Shown here: positions 1-15,394 of the stretch, in pieces
Layout: the number at the start of each line of letters is the position of its first letter
How positions within the stretch are numbered: the stretch's first letter is position 1
DNA from: Octopus bimaculoides
Lineage: Eukaryota
Assembly (NCBI RefSeq): GCF_001194135.2
Contig: NC_068984.1
Coordinates: forward strand, 37,950,293-38,014,292
Direction of reading: 5' to 3'
DNA: 64,000 nt
Translations under genes and position numbers: made by a program
Notes under the pieces: model-generated
Database searches by the model: none
The model's input: the letters and a program-made list of their open reading frames with translations, nothing else
Told to the model about the DNA's origin: nothing

Positions 1-1510
1 CACAGTATTTAGTTTGAACTAGTCTGAATTCATATTCTACAATCAATAGAATACCTACCAGTGTTATATTGGTTTATATATATATATATATATATATNNN
101 NNNNNNNNNNNNNNNNNNNNNNNNNNNNNNNNNNNNNNNNNNNNNNNNNNNNNNNNNNNNNNNNNNNNNNNNNNNNNNNNNNNNNNNNNNNNNNNNNNNN
201 NNNNNNNNNNNNNNNNNNNNNNNNNNNNNNNNNNNNNNNNNNNNNNNNNNNNNNNNNNNNNNNNNNNNNNNNNNNNNNNNNNNNNNNNNNNNNNNNNNNN
301 NNNNNNNNNNNNNNNNNNNNNNNNNNNNNNNNNNNNNNNNNNNNNNNNNNNNNNNNNNNNNNNNNNNNNNNNNNNNNNNNNNNNNNNNNNNNNNNNNNNN
401 NNNNNNNNNNNNNNNNNNNNNNNNNNNNNNNNNNNNNNNNNNNNNNNNNNNNNNNNNNNNNNNNNNNNNNNNNNNNNNTTATTGTAAAATTTGTATTGGT
501 TGCAACTTGTAAATTTCATCTGACAGTTTAGTCACCCAGACTGGTTGGATTTTCTGTTGAGTGAAACTAAAAATTCCAGTCAACATGAATTTTACAATGT
601 ATTCTTTTTGAATCTTTGTTATTATCTTTTGGTGAATGTTGTTTCTATGTACATATACAAATTATAACTCATTACTCTAAATTATTTTTAAAATAACTTA
701 ACTTTAAAATTTAGACAATTGTAGGTTAGAGTTTTTTTAGATTAAGCTTTTTTTTTTTTCATTTAGATATGTTATGCGATATGGGGGGGAGTGGCCTGCT
801 AAACATTGATACACTTAAAATTTTATGATAAAAATTATTTTAAAATCTTTCTATTTAGCAAATCTTCATTGAAAATTGATTATTGAATACAAAGTATCTA
901 AATTTTTTCGTTGGTAACTATGATAATGGAAAAAGAAAGGTTTTATTGATCTATGTTGTGTGCAAAATAGCTATATCAATCAAATCACTTAGATAAAATG
1001 ATAATAGTTGATTTATATAATCACAAAATTATTTCAGGTAGTATTAAATATAAACTTGTGAAATTACTAAGGTCTCATGTGTATGTATTTACATTAACAA
1101 AATAGTTTGTTCTTTCATTTAATATGTACTAAGTTAGTTCTTGATAACATTGTTTCTGATAATGTTTCTATTGATTCATTTAACATTCTTCTATAGAAAT
1201 ATCTCAGTAAAACAAAAACTTAGTTTGCATAAAATTAATTTGTTTTCACATAGAAATTTCGCATGATAGGCTTAAGGATCATATTTTCTTTCATCATGGA
1301 CTTGATTTTATAAAATATCATACAGAAAAACAGAGAGAAAGGATTATATATATTCAATTTGTATTTTGTCTTATTCTTGTACCAAAATTATTTTATCTAA
1401 ATGATTTGAAAATTTTCTTTTAAACTAGTTTGACATTCTTAATTATGTTTGCCTGTGTCCATATTAAACAAAGCAAAAGAAAAATAACAGTTCTTATACT
1501 TTACTTTCAG

Positions 1511-1617
1511 ACGCCGATTTCCTAGCAGAAATACTAGCCCAAACCAAAATGCCACGTCTCAACCCAGTTCTGACTCTGGTTCGTCATCAAGCAATTTTCA
1601 GGGGAAACAAAGTTCTT
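1511..1617 (+). CDS. PIAS: PIAS exon immediately after SAP domain ([12 protein letters not shown]...GKQSS)
   Basis: Acceptor ttactttcag, donor gtaagt, phase 2 to 1. RRFP matches the PIAS LYRRRFP segment that follows SAP. The end phase fits the downstream exons. Confidence 0.82.
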
Positions 1618-4600
1618 GTAAGTTAAAATTTTAAACGTTTATTATCCTCAGGTTTTTCTACTTATTCTTCCTGGAGAGCTTGGAAGAACTCTTTTGCAGG
1701 TATAATGGTAATAGTATTTAATTTATTTTTTATCTTCTCTAGAGTTGACAATTTCAGCCTTACCAATTGAAAAGATTGAAGTGCACTGGGTTATTATATA
1801 TAAAATATTTTATTTGGTAAAAAAAAAAAAACTCTGAAAGCTATAAATTAGTACATTATAATGAATTAATTATACTAATTTCACATGATACAAGCTACAT
1901 CTGTATTTTTATGCTAAGTTTAGTATGAATTGATTAGGTTAGTAACTGACCTTTTTTATTTCTAATTATACTGCATTCCAATCAACACTCTTCAATCATC
2001 TCCAGATGCTATATTTCTAAAGTAGATGGAGAAACAAAAATTGAAAACTAGCACCTAAAGTGCAATCTAGATGCAGCATCTTTACTTTAGATAATGTTGG
2101 TTTTGTAACATAGCATACAGGCTTCCCCCAAAAGATGAAAAGGAAGGTTGACTGGTAGGATTCAAACTCTGAATGGAAGGGACATAACTAAATGCTGCAA
2201 GTTATTTAGCCCAGCACTAACATTAGAAGCCTCTCTACTGTTCTTGTTTTAGATATTATTAAAACATTTGATGTATAAATTTATATTGATGTATTTGTCC
2301 TTCTTTTTGTCACAATGGTTATTATTTCATATAACATGGATTGTTTAACTTAAAGACATTACTATTAATAATACCTACATGAGCCATTTAGTCTCATAAA
2401 AAGCATTTCTTTAAGATGCCTGCCAATTGTAGGTGTCACTCACAGAAAATCTCATGTTTTAAGTAAACTGAGAAATGTGGAAATATGCTGCTCAAGCCAC
2501 AGGCATGGCTCAGTGGTTAAGAAGTTTAATCACAACTATATGGTTTCAGGTTCAGCCCCACTGCATGGTATCTTGGGCATTTTCTACCCTGGCCTCAGAT
2601 TGACCAAAACCTTGTGAGTGAAATTTTAAGGGTGGAAGGTGTGTGATAGTCCATCATGGGTTCCATTTCTGTTTCTGGATAATAGTTTTAACTTGTCATT
2701 TAGTTTAACACTACCTGTGGTCCTCAAGTGTTTTAATGAACTTCCCCAGCAAGTATTCAAGCCAGGCCTCTAGTTCTTCCTCCTTTCCTTCAATTCTCTG
2801 AGAGGCTCTAGGTGCTGCCCTTCTCTTACTAAAACTATTAAATAAAAAAGGAAAAAAGGAACATATTTAAATGGTTGCAATGAATGTAAACCCTCACACT
2901 ATGGGTATTTGTTTATTTTATTCATTCAGGAATTTTGTGGTACATATTAACTAATATACAGGTTGCAGAGTTTAAGATGTTAAATTAGGATTTTCTGTTC
3001 AGGAAAATTTTAAAATTTTACTACACTATTTAAATTACTTATTGAACACTATTTAATCAATAGATATTTGTTATTTGCATATTTAACTAATTTAATAAAA
3101 TATTGATTGATTTTTTACGCTTCATGAATATGATTTTCAGTGTCATGTTTATGTACCCTTTTTTTCTCTCTCTTTTTTTAATAATAAAAAAAAATTACTA
3201 CTGTCTCATGTAGTAACTCTACATTTGGTTTGATTTCAGCTTAATAGCCAGCTAATTCCCACTAACAATGAAATTGTTCTGTATTAACCATCATCATCTC
3301 TCTTTACAATTTTTCTGCTTATTCATTGCTGCAACTCAATGGTAATTCCCTGCTTGGTAGATCATTTCATAAAACTAACAATTTTTCATTATTTTATTTG
3401 TTTTTTCATGAAAATAATTCAAATGCCAAACAAAACAAAAAAATTAATAAAATGGAATAAAATAATAAAAAAGCACAAATGGAATGATTAAATTCAATTG
3501 AAATAATGTCAACATTGCAGGATGTTTCTTAGATTAATCCATATTTTATTTATATACATCATTTTATCATTATTCTCATTCTAGTATGTTTTTGTATTTT
3601 TTGTGAAAGCAAAAAATTTCAAAACAAAATAAGCTCAACTTAAATTGTAATCAAATGGTTTACAGCTGTATAGTGTGGAAAATGTTAATCTTTTATGTAG
3701 AAAATCAAGACATAAGTGTGGTGATGTTCATCTACTTCAAAGATAGATTATCATTTTTGAAAATTGTTTTTGATAAAGGGTGCCTCCCTCTTTTAGTACC
3801 ACAAAAGCAATCTAACATCAAGAAGTTGAATTTAGAATTGAATGCCAAATTTAGGTACATCAACGACATGTTAGTTGCTGAACAACAAAGCTTGTTTCAC
3901 TTGGTTATAGCTAATCAATGATTCCCAATTTAGATGTCATGAGGCAAACTCTAATNNNNNNNNNNATAGGATTATATTTTAATTGTTCACCAGTAAAATG
4001 AGATTTGTGGTCACTTCAATGTCATTTTAATTTTTTTTTTTTTTTTTTTTCTCTTTATACATCAGTTATCTCATTTTGTTTTTATATTGGCTTGAATTGG
4101 GTGGTTTTTAAAAGTTCATGATATTTGTATGAGTTGTTAGATTATTTTCTATCAGACTAACTCCTTAAGCTGTACTGTCATCAAAGTGTTTGAGTTAGAC
4201 AGTAACTAAACATCTTAGGTAACTATATGCCATATGTCATCAAAATTACTGAAATGCAGTTTCTGATAATATTTCATGAGTAAAATAGAAAATGGATATT
4301 CACAGGGGAAATAGTGTTTCCTTTGTGGCTATTGATAGCCACATAATCAGATTAGAGATTCAACTGTCAAGACAGTTTTAAAGTTGATCTGTTAATAGAA
4401 TGTGTGTCAAGAGAAATAACTACTGAATTCAAAAATAAGGCCTTTATAGATTTTCTTCATATAAATACTTTTTTGATTGATATTAATATTTTGATGTGAG
4501 ATGTCAAATATTGAATTCTCCGTACAAGTCTATATTGGAAAAAAGAGCCAGTAAGGGATCCTATTAGAAATAACAACAAAATCTCCTTCAAAATCACACC

Positions 4601-6825
4601 CTACTTACTGTCTTGAGAAAGGAAAGAATACATTGGACAATGCAGTACTATATACTCCTAAAAAATAGAATAGCCATTGACAACTGGAATGCATTTGATG
4701 ATTGGGCTTTTCAATCATTTTAAATTGGCTAAAGACAACAATGTAGAAAAGCATAAACCAAAATATTATTGACATTTTTTTAACTTCATGTGAATGAGTG
4801 AAACAGATTGCTTGTTAGAGTAATGAATTTTACTACTGGATACTCTTCTTTACTCTAGCCACTTGACCATGAAGTAAGAGTGAACACTTTGTTCAATTAA
4901 ACAAACTGGAGCATGCAGAAATATGTTCGGTTGCACAGTATAAACAAGAGATGTCTATCAGTTCCATAATAAGTGTTCAGTTTGATTAATTGAACAATCA
5001 GCTTGTTGAATTATTTGCAAGTGGCTGAATATTCCACAGATACATGTACCTTTAATGTAATTCTTAGGCAGAGTCAGCATGACACAGTGTGCAACAAGTG
5101 GAATTACTGAAATAAAACGCCATTAATAAACTAATGATTTATTGAAATAATTGTCAGAAATGCATTATATATGCACATCAATCTCTCCAGTTTACTTGAA
5201 CCCTAATAATAGTGGGTGTTTAGGCAGTATAATTGTGGACAGTTAATGACAGTACTCTTGCTAATGAAATCCCAATAGACCTCTCTATTTCAAAGTACAA
5301 AGATATTGTACATAAGAAATTTACATCTTCCTGTATACAGGGTTTGCTTAAAAAAAACCAAGAGGTATATTCTTTGTGTACTGGAAAGATAGTAAATAAA
5401 TGTTCTGATACTTAACTGGTGAGAAAACTAAAGGAAGCCTTTAAGTGAAATGAATGCTGCATTTGTATAGCAGGTGTGTTTTCTCACTATAAAGACTGGA
5501 AAACTATGAGTAGAGATGCAGCTATACATAAATTATACTATATAACATATCTCTATAGCAAAATTGGTGGTAATTAAATATTTTTGTAAAGTATCACTTG
5601 AAGAAAAAAAATCGTTACTCTCAGAGCTGTATTGATACAGTACAAACCTATAGGTTAAAGAGTTGAAGTGTTGAAAATTTTTTATTCTGGTCTTTTAAAA
5701 TAGGAATTGGAAAACAAGTTCAGTGTATCACCTTTCTATACGCCATCCAGATTACCTAATAAATGTAGTAACTTGAAAGATTCAGGATGGAAGAAGAAAT
5801 TGTATCCCCTTTTTTACTGATCTATGATACATTTTTGAATAAGCATATCACTATTTGTTCAAATTATTCTTACATAATATAGTAGTCTTTACACAGTCTA
5901 AATTAGCTAGTCATTGTACACTTATCATGTGTCCACATGTCAAAAGCTATAGCAACAGCAATTTTTGACTTTGAAACTGTCACGTGACTATATTCCACAG
6001 AAGCTCAAAAAATATATATAATTATTATATTTCCATTCCATAAACTTTACAACCGGAATGAAATTGAGAGAAAATGCAAAGAAAAGGACTTTATTAAGAA
6101 ATTCAAACCCACTCTTAACAAACAATGATTAAATTTATCTTACTTGGGGTTTAAAAATCTTATCCCTATAACTAAAACACAAAAAATCTCTCAAATGTCA
6201 TCATTTCTAAAAATAAACTTGGCATCATTTCTAAAAATAGCCAAACACCTACTGGGGTTTTAAAATNNNNNNNNNNNNNNNNNNNNNNNNNNNNNNNNNN
6301 NNNNNNNNNNNNNNNNNNNNNNNNNNNNNNNNNNNNNNNNNNNNNNNNNNNNNNNNNNNNNNNNNNNNNNNNNNNNNNNNNNNNNNNNNNNNNNNNNNNN
6401 NNNNNNNNNNNNNNNNNNNNNNNNNNNNNNNNNNNNNNNNNNNNNNNNNNNNNNNNNNNNNNNNNNNNNNNNNNNNNNNNNNNNNNNNNNNNNNNNNNNN
6501 NNNNNNNNNNNNNNNNNNNNNNNNNNNNNNNNNNNNNNNNNNNNNNNNNNNNNNNNNNNNNNNNNNNNNNNNNNNNNNNNNNNNNNNNNNNNNNNNNNNN
6601 NNNNNNNNNNNNNNNNNNNNNNNNNNNNNNNNNNNNNNNNNNNNNNNNNNNNNNNNNNNNNNNNNNNNNNNNNNNNNNNNNNNNNNNNNNNNNNNNNNNN
6701 NNNNNNNNNNNNNNNNNNNNNNNNNNNNNNNNNNNNNNNNNNNNNNNNNNNNNNNNNNNNNNNNNNNNNNNNNNNNNNNNNNNNNNNNNNNNNNNNNNNN
6801 NNNNNNNNNNNNNNNNNNNNNNNNN

Positions 6826-6883
<58 letters not shown>

Positions 6884-9800
6884 AAGACAAGTTCTGCATC
6901 ATAAATCTTTTGATAACATAACCTTGTCCTTTAGCTATTATTGGTATTAAGAAGAGCATCCAGCCATAGAAACCATACCCAAAAAATGAACTATGTGTAC
7001 AAGTTCTGTTCCTCCAACTCATCTAGGAGAACACTAACTCTAAATAAGCAGAAATAAAAGATGATGTTGATTGTCCTACAGCAATCCTTGGACACCTGTA
7101 GGTCATGAAGTTGCTGCCTGATGTTCATCTCCAACTTACACTCATCTCATCATTATTCATTTTTCTTCTTTCTTTCTTTCTTTCTTTTTTTACTTTGCAG
7201 CATGGTATGATATAATTAATTGAAAAAAGAAACATTTTGATCTTTTTAGACCTTTATAGACACTTCTAGTTAAAAATGCACTTATGTCAATGATTTTGAT
7301 CCTGCTGTTTAGAACTGTATCTATGCTTAGTAAATGTTTTTGGTGCAAATGGCTATTATAAGTAAAGCAGCATGCTTTTAATGCTAGGATAAGAAAAAAA
7401 TATATTGACTCTTTGGCTAGTAGCATATTGATGAACCCAATTGTTAATCTCTCCTACCATTCAATAAAATGTATTTACCTCTTTTCTGGAAAGCATTTGA
7501 GGATTCAGCATATTTCATGACAATATATACTGACTTTTACTGGTAAGTGGGAAGTACTGTTGTTGAACCAACAAACAAGCAATGGAACATTATATGTATG
7601 CTGTACAAAGAAAGAATGGAATGTGTGTGTGACATGAAGAAATGTTAACAGATACTGATGAATGTATTCAATATTCCTGTTGGCGCATGTTAAATACATT
7701 TGAACCTGTTTTAAGTTAACTTTAAATACAGCTGTTTATATTTTGATGAAGATTGCTTGGTAATCTGGGACAATAACAATAAATAGTTGTAACATTGCTT
7801 ACTCTGCAGTTCAATATTTAATAGTTTGTTGATAACTGCTTAACCAATGAATAACTGTGACAATGGCTATGGCTACTTTATTTCAACTTTCACTCAACTC
7901 TAATTTAGAAAAGTTTTATATGTTGAGTTGACTTCATATTTTCAAATTTAATTTTGGTTCTTCTGCATTAATTATTCCTGGTAAGCTAAGATTTAAGATT
8001 TTGCATTTAGTTGAATCTCCTTTAAAATTTTATCTTAATACCTTTACTTTTATCTTTTACATGGACTGCAGCCATGCTGGGGCACCACATTGAAAGGTTT
8101 TAGTTGAACAAATCAGCCCCAATAGTTATTTTATCATTCACCTAATCTTCATTTTTTATTTGTGTGACATTCTTTAAAAGTGTAGTTCATAATTCTTTGT
8201 TAAGGGTTCTTGTGAAATAAATCAGTTAAGGTTCAAGAAAAGTTTTGGTTCATATTTAGGAGAAGCAAAATGTAGAACCAAGTAAAGCATTATTTTATTA
8301 ATACATTATGTCCTGATTGAGAAGGCCTGTCATTAAAGATGATCCAGTCATGACCACCTTATCTCTCTGTGCATCTATTAATACATTGTCCAATGTATCC
8401 TTTGATTTGAAGGTGGTAGGTTGTAATTTGAGAGGGATTTGGCTGCTATTATTCTCAACTTAAGCAACCATTTGGAGACTCTTTCATTGACAGAATGATG
8501 GTTAAGTTATACAACCAATTGATTTGTGGAAACACATAATCAAATGTCTCGTAGCTATTATCAACTCTATGTAAGTAAACATATAGGGCCTGGGTAGGTT
8601 GATTCTACATTAACTGAAAAACTTATATCTACTCTAAGCTACTAAATTTCCTTGAGAGAAACAGACTTACATTAAATATATTGAAGATAGTCATAAAAAG
8701 AATTTAATGTATTAACTATAATAACTTTTCTCATAGATAAACTTACATAGGTTGTTCAGTATACAGAAATAGTTAGATATATGAATTCTATAACTTCTAC
8801 AGTATAGATACACAGAAATTGTCTCTGCTTCGATGGTAAATTAGCACCCTGTTGCCTCAACCACTGAAAGTATACCAACTCAAAAGTGTACTTAACAAAT
8901 GTGAACATTGTACTGTATAATATTGAATTCTTGAAGCTAGAAATTATTGTAATTTTGTAGATGGAGTAATTTTAATGCTTCTGTGTATATTAGTCTATAA
9001 GATGTTCCCCTACATATGAAGTAAACATTTCTTTTGATGTGTTATTATATAAAGGAATCATGAAACTCAAAAACTATTGTTAAATATGTCGACAACATAT
9101 ATTGTCATCAGTATTTTGCTTCTGTTTTTTATATATGCATGGGTTGGACAGTTCTTCTCTACTACACCATCTTGCCAGTTATTGCAGTTCTCCTTCATGA
9201 GATTCAGCCTCCTAAAATCAGTTTTCACCAAGTTTTCCCATGTTTTCTTCTTCCACTTTAATCACTTTCACTTAGCACTCTTTTACTCATTGTCACTCTC
9301 CATGCACATCACACATCTGTACCAGTGCAGTTTTCTCTCTCACTATAGTTGATTCCTCTTAAACCGAATTATTTTTTCAATTCACTTGTTTTCTATTTTT
9401 CATGTACACTAACATGACACATCCCAGTGAAATGTGCTTGCCTCATTTTTTTCTTATGTAATAGTTTTGTAGGTGGTGTACTTAAATTGTTTCAGGCGTG
9501 TGTTTTGGTGATTTTATTGGATAATAATTTAGCATGTGTGAAAATTTTTTTCTGTTCTTCAACCCCAGTAAGTCTATATGTTGGTTGTATCCTGTCTTAA
9601 ATGTGTTTGTAGTGATTTTCATGTAATTCCTCTTGGTACCATATATGGGTATTATGTTTTCTCTCTCTCCCCACATATATATAATAACCTTAGGTACAAT
9701 CCTCTCAAGTGAATAATTTAAACATATGTACTAGCTAAATGTTAAGGTTGGGTTGGCTGGATGTGTATTTTGTGTTATGGTATGAGATCCAGGAATTCAT

Positions 9801-12800
9801 ACTGTCCAGACAAGTCTAGCTCACTTTTACATTGTTATTAATGAGTTTGTAGTATTTATCTATAGTTGAGAAATGTGTTTTTAATAGAAACAGAAAGTTC
9901 TTTGTTGATGATCGTATTCATGGCAAAAGGTGGATTGAACTCAAATTATTTTCCTCTTCCTGCTTCTGCTCTTGTGTAGTCAGTGTTCTTTGTATAACAA
10001 TTTCTTGCTAAAGCCATTTCATCAGTAAAATACATACACACGTGATTGCTCAAGAAATGAATTGTACATATATATGTAATTTTACACTTGAGTGTAATTC
10101 TATTTCCAGTTTTGACTGTGGTGTTTTCTAATAAATTTATTTAATTTTGCACAAGTAACTAAAGTATGTGTGTGCGTGCACATGCATGTGTGAGATGATA
10201 ATTCTTGACTTATAGTAAAGAAGTCATAAACATTCATGTTATTTAATTTAGATACAAATTAAACACAAATATATTTTAAATAAATAACTTTAAAACTGAA
10301 AATGTTGGCTGCTTCGGATGAGTGTTTCTGTGCCAAGTAAATGTTTTTAGAAGGTTGTAATTTCTTACTCATGAAGTAAGAGTGGTTAAGAAGTTCATTT
10401 TGTAATCAGAAGGTCCTAGATTCAATCCTGCTGCATGGTATTCTGGGTGTCTTTGGCCTTTCATTGATCTATGCATTGTGAGTGAAATTGCATCGGTGGA
10501 AACTTTCTGGGGGCCTACTAGATGGTTTGTACTGTACTTGTAAAGTAAAGGTGCAACGTGTCTCTAGAATACTGAATCACTTGCATATTAAATTTAATGA
10601 TTAGGCTGTTCATTAATTGAGCATGAGTATGCTCTTTGTTGAAATCAGTAGAGAATCTGTCATCAAATAAGAATTATATTAGGTTCTGTGTGAACAGGGA
10701 AGTTAATGGAAAATCCTACTGAAATTAATTTCAGAAAAATATAGCATAAGCAGTTCCTTACAGTAAAGAATGTTAATGATTGTTATACCTGAAATCCTGA
10801 AAACATTTTGTATATCCTTCCATTAAAATGAGATTAAAACAAAAGATAATGAGAAACGTCGAACATTTTGATAAATGTAAAAATAACCGCCTTCATTTCA
10901 AACAGCAAATTGTAAGCTATTGTTAATTATTTTGTTTGGGTGGAGAGAAATCAAAATGAATAATGAAACTCGCTTTCATCTGCAACAGAACTATTCGTAA
11001 TAAAGCTGCCTGAAACGTCCATTATATTGATGTTGATTTACCAATCAAAGATTGTGTTGTTGTTTCTGAAATGATGACCTTTTTCTTTTTAATTAACTGC
11101 ACCTGACCGAGTAGGAGTAAAGTACATAGGTGAAAGTGATAATTTGCAGCAAGCAAGAAAACTAAAAGCAAATGCATTAAGAGAAAAGATAAACCAAAAA
11201 TTCACATTTATTATTGCACATAACAAAACCTATATGAAATGTGTTGATGTAATACTAAATTTACTGCAAAGTATTTCATAACTGTTGAAGAGAAATGTTC
11301 TCTAGCAGATTCAGTGAACTTATAAATCAAACCTCATGGGGTGGGGGGACATGAATGCTGATAAAGTTGCTAACAAATTTCATAGAACTGCAACATTACT
11401 GAAATCTAAACTATTTGCAGTATGTAACATCACAGTTATGGTATTCACACCTCTCTTGATAATGGTCCAACAATATTTATATTTTGTTTTCAGTTTTGAC
11501 TTGGAAACTGTCACAGTTCATCTATAATTTACTTCTTAGCTGACTCCTTTCTTCTGAAATACTTTATAGAAGCTGGCTGTTTCCTCCCCTTCTCCCCCCC
11601 CCCTCTCATAGGAGTTGAACCAAGCAACATGGCCTTGCCCTTTCATCCATATTATTTACCCTTTTCTGTTTCACAGGAACATCTCTTCCCTCTTCTCAGA
11701 TTTTTGCTAACTTCTTTATTCCAGTGTCAAATGAACACACACACAGAACTTCCTTCTACATGCATTCATCAACTACAGGTTTATATGTTTACAAAATAAA
11801 ATCCAAAAGACTTAAAAGAGTGATACTGTCATTCCTGTTAGTTTTATTCTTTACCATTTCTTATGAGAAACTGTCAGCACAATATTTTTAGTATTTTCTT
11901 TTCAATTTCCAATAAGACAGTATTTACTTTTCTTTTTTTAAATGTTCAAGTTTTTTCATACGTTGTTCATCACTTCTCCCTGTGCCACAGTTTTACATGT
12001 TGCCCTTCTCACTTAGATTTTATTCCTACAACATTCAGATTACTCTGTCAAATATAATGCTTATTTATTCACATTGTTTTGAATTTATCACACACAATCT
12101 TGCAGCTTTGAGATTTCAGTGATGTGATTATTTATTTTTACAATGAAATTGTGAGAGGCTGGATATGGCTGATATATTTTCACAGGAACTTATTTTAGAT
12201 TTTTAGACATTCAACAGAATATATTGCAAATAGACTCAACAGAATTATATTGCAATACATTACTGATTAACCTTAATTTAGTTTCATTATTACCTGTAAC
12301 ATCAGATTTTGAGGTGTTTGAATCCTCCTCCCTGATGATCATGAATTCAACACTTACTGCATCTATTGTCCTTGCCTTTAATTCAAAGCTTTTTACTGTG
12401 CTTTCTTCAATCTGTCCATCTGACAACAGATACCATTTTACTACAAGGCTGATTGATTAGTAATAGGAATGACACATATCTGTAGCAATATTCAGATGAA
12501 CAAATATGCAAAAAGTATTCTCATGTGCTTTCATGAAAAGTAGAAATAAAGCAGCAGAAAGAAATTAATCTATAAATATATTTAATGAAATCCATATTTG
12601 TTATGAAAACATCGAGACATGTTAAAAATGGAAGTCTTTGTAAACCGGTAAATTGGTATTGCAGTACAGTTGATGGTATACCATAGAACCAGTTGTGGGT
12701 TTGGTAGTTTGTATATTGTCAGTGATACTTAACTTTGGCCTAAGTTTTTTCTGCTGATTTCTTAGCTAGTTCTTCAAAGAAAATAATAAACGAATAAATT

Positions 12801-15350
12801 CTTGTAAAATTCAAATGTGCTGAGAACTTTTCATTGTATAGTGAGAATTTCTCAACAAATTAAATGATTAGCTTTTAGGAATGTTATGAAATTACATCAT
12901 AGTTTTTATGCCTCTTCAAAAAATTCTGAGTTAAAGTATTAATGTAAGATTATTTTTATGTTTTCATCAAAAAAGTCATAAAACTTTATTTTAGCAATAA
13001 AATTTAATAGTTTATTTTAAAATTAATATATCTTATAGCAGCTGTATTCAGTTCTGTAAATTTGTTTTGAAAAAAAGTGCATAGTGCCTTTTTAAGATAT
13101 TTCTAATATAGACATAAGGCCAGAAATTTAGGATGAATTAAATTAACCTGAGTACTTAACTGGGTTTTTTTTTTTTTTTAAATTCTGGAAGAATGGATGC
13201 AAAGTTGACCTCAGCAGGATTTGAACTCCGAATGTGAAATGACAGAACTAAATAATGCAAGCATTTTGTTTTGTGTTCTACATTTTGATTAAGCTGAAAT
13301 TGGTTCACCCTGAAAATAAGTTGTTAGGGAATTGTGGCTAATGTTGATACTAATTAGAAATGCTAAAGCTTATGACTTAATTGTGAAGTGCAAATAATTG
13401 AAGTAATCCACTGCCATTATTTGAACACATAATTTATGCTTTAGAACAAGTGCAGAAGAATTTACTTTTATTGATTTTATTTGGGTCAATTAAACGCATT
13501 TAGAGCAGCATTTTACATGGCAAGTTATATTAATAATTGTTCAATGTATGTGTGTGTAGTACAATGCAGTAATTGAACTATTAGATTAAAGGATTGCTTG
13601 GTTGAATTTCCATTTGCTTTAAGGACTAAAATCAGGCTAACAAAAACAAGAAAAGAACTCTGATCTTTGTGCAGTTCTGAACTACTTAGCAACATAAATA
13701 ATAAAAGGAGCAAGCAGGGCCACTAACTAGATTCAAATTAAGCTTTCCATTGTTTATCACCCAGCATGCAATAATAGGTACATGTTTGAGTGTCATTAGT
13801 AGATGTATTGTTTTTCTGTTTAAAATTGTACTGCAATGTCTAGTATTACTTCATTAAAAATGTATGCTGGTTAATTTATAATTTATTCAACAACCTTCCT
13901 ATTTTTGTGCTACAAAAGTAATCACCATTCTAACGAGACAATGTAATGTGTGTATGAGTGTGTTTCGAAATATGATATTGGACTTTTGAAATTGAAAAAA
14001 AAAATTCTATTTTTCATTTTCTCTTTGTATAAAAATGAAACTTATCTAGAAATTTAAATAATTGAATTCAGTTTAGGCAGTTAATGTTTCTAGTAGCAAA
14101 TGAACTATGAACGGCATAAGATTAAACAAACTATATTTATCAAAAGTTTATTGTAGTTCATAAATAAATATACTAAAAAATTTTATACAAAAGAGAAAAT
14201 GATAATGTTAATTGCTCTGTCACAAAAATAAAAGCTACATGAATATAGTTGTTTGATCATCTCTCATATTATATTTGAGGACAGCTATTCATCACAATGC
14301 ACACAACTCCAGATGGCCCTGCATTCTTTACATATTAACATAGCTAACACATCAACATTAGATAATCTCTTTCCTCATCTAAATTCTTATAAATGTTACC
14401 TAATCCACTTACACACCTTTTTTTTTAATGAATATTATGTTGTAAGGAATACTCTTCCATTAAATCCACTATATTTACTAACCTGCTTTCCTTGTACATA
14501 TTTCCCAATGGGTATAATCCCTCTGACCTGGTTAATTATTTGCCACTTATAAAAACCACCCATCTTAAATATATTCCTTAACTAAGTCAGAGTTTCAGAC
14601 AGCCACCTAATATAGTTTATAGTGCTACCATTTCTCATTTCTGGGATTTGCAGTTTGCAGTCAGATTGCCCTGTTACAATTTGTCAACAACAGCTCTTTG
14701 ACCAAAATTCTGTATAGTGTATCATAGAGTTTGAGAAGGATTCCCCCCCTCTCCCCCAAAAACCTACAAGCTGTTACACTCAGTCAACACCTATGTCTGC
14801 TTCAGCAGTAGTAAAACACAGTTAATACACATGTCAAGAAAATATACAACCTTGTGTTCTCTCTCTTTTTCTGATTATGAATAAATCATGACTACAACAT
14901 TTGGGAACTCATAATCTGTGACCATTTAATTATAATGTAAAACCATGTATTTATAAACTCTGAACAGCTGTTGATCTTATAACACACTGTCTCGCACTGC
15001 AGTAGTGCTTACGTATCTGCTACACACAATCATTCTACATCATACTCAAAAAGTTTTTGACTGATTGACAAAACTTCATTCATTAGCATACTACAACCAG
15101 TAGTACAATGGTAACATTGTATCCTTTCTCTTGCTATTCTATCATTGCTAAAATTATTCTTGCTTCTTTGGACTAACAAGCTTTGTATGACCACCACTAA
15201 CCCATCTTGCTGAACTTGCAAGCTTTGTGTTACTAGCAACCAATCCCACCTGCTTTTCTATCTCACCCCATAAATTCTGCACTATATGTTTTGCCTGAAC
15301 CTTTATAGCCAACACTGCAACTCTTTGAAACAATTTGCCCTTCCTATATA

Positions 15351-15394
<44 letters not shown>

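Noticed and set aside
1511-1617. Second open frame of this exon ([20 protein letters not shown]...)
   Set aside because: It ends in phase 0, which does not fit the downstream exons, and it lacks the RRFP match to PIAS.
1652-1699. In-frame 48-nt mini-exon ([15 protein letters not shown]) with cag/gtataa
   Set aside because: It would need a 34-nt intron, too short for normal metazoan splicing; retaining that intron gives a stop.
61-7022. Long ORF-track entries full of X (also 48318-49031, 57817-58722, 59916-60758)
   Set aside because: They are open only because they cross N gaps; the flanks translate (TA)n, poly-T or antisense RTE sequence.
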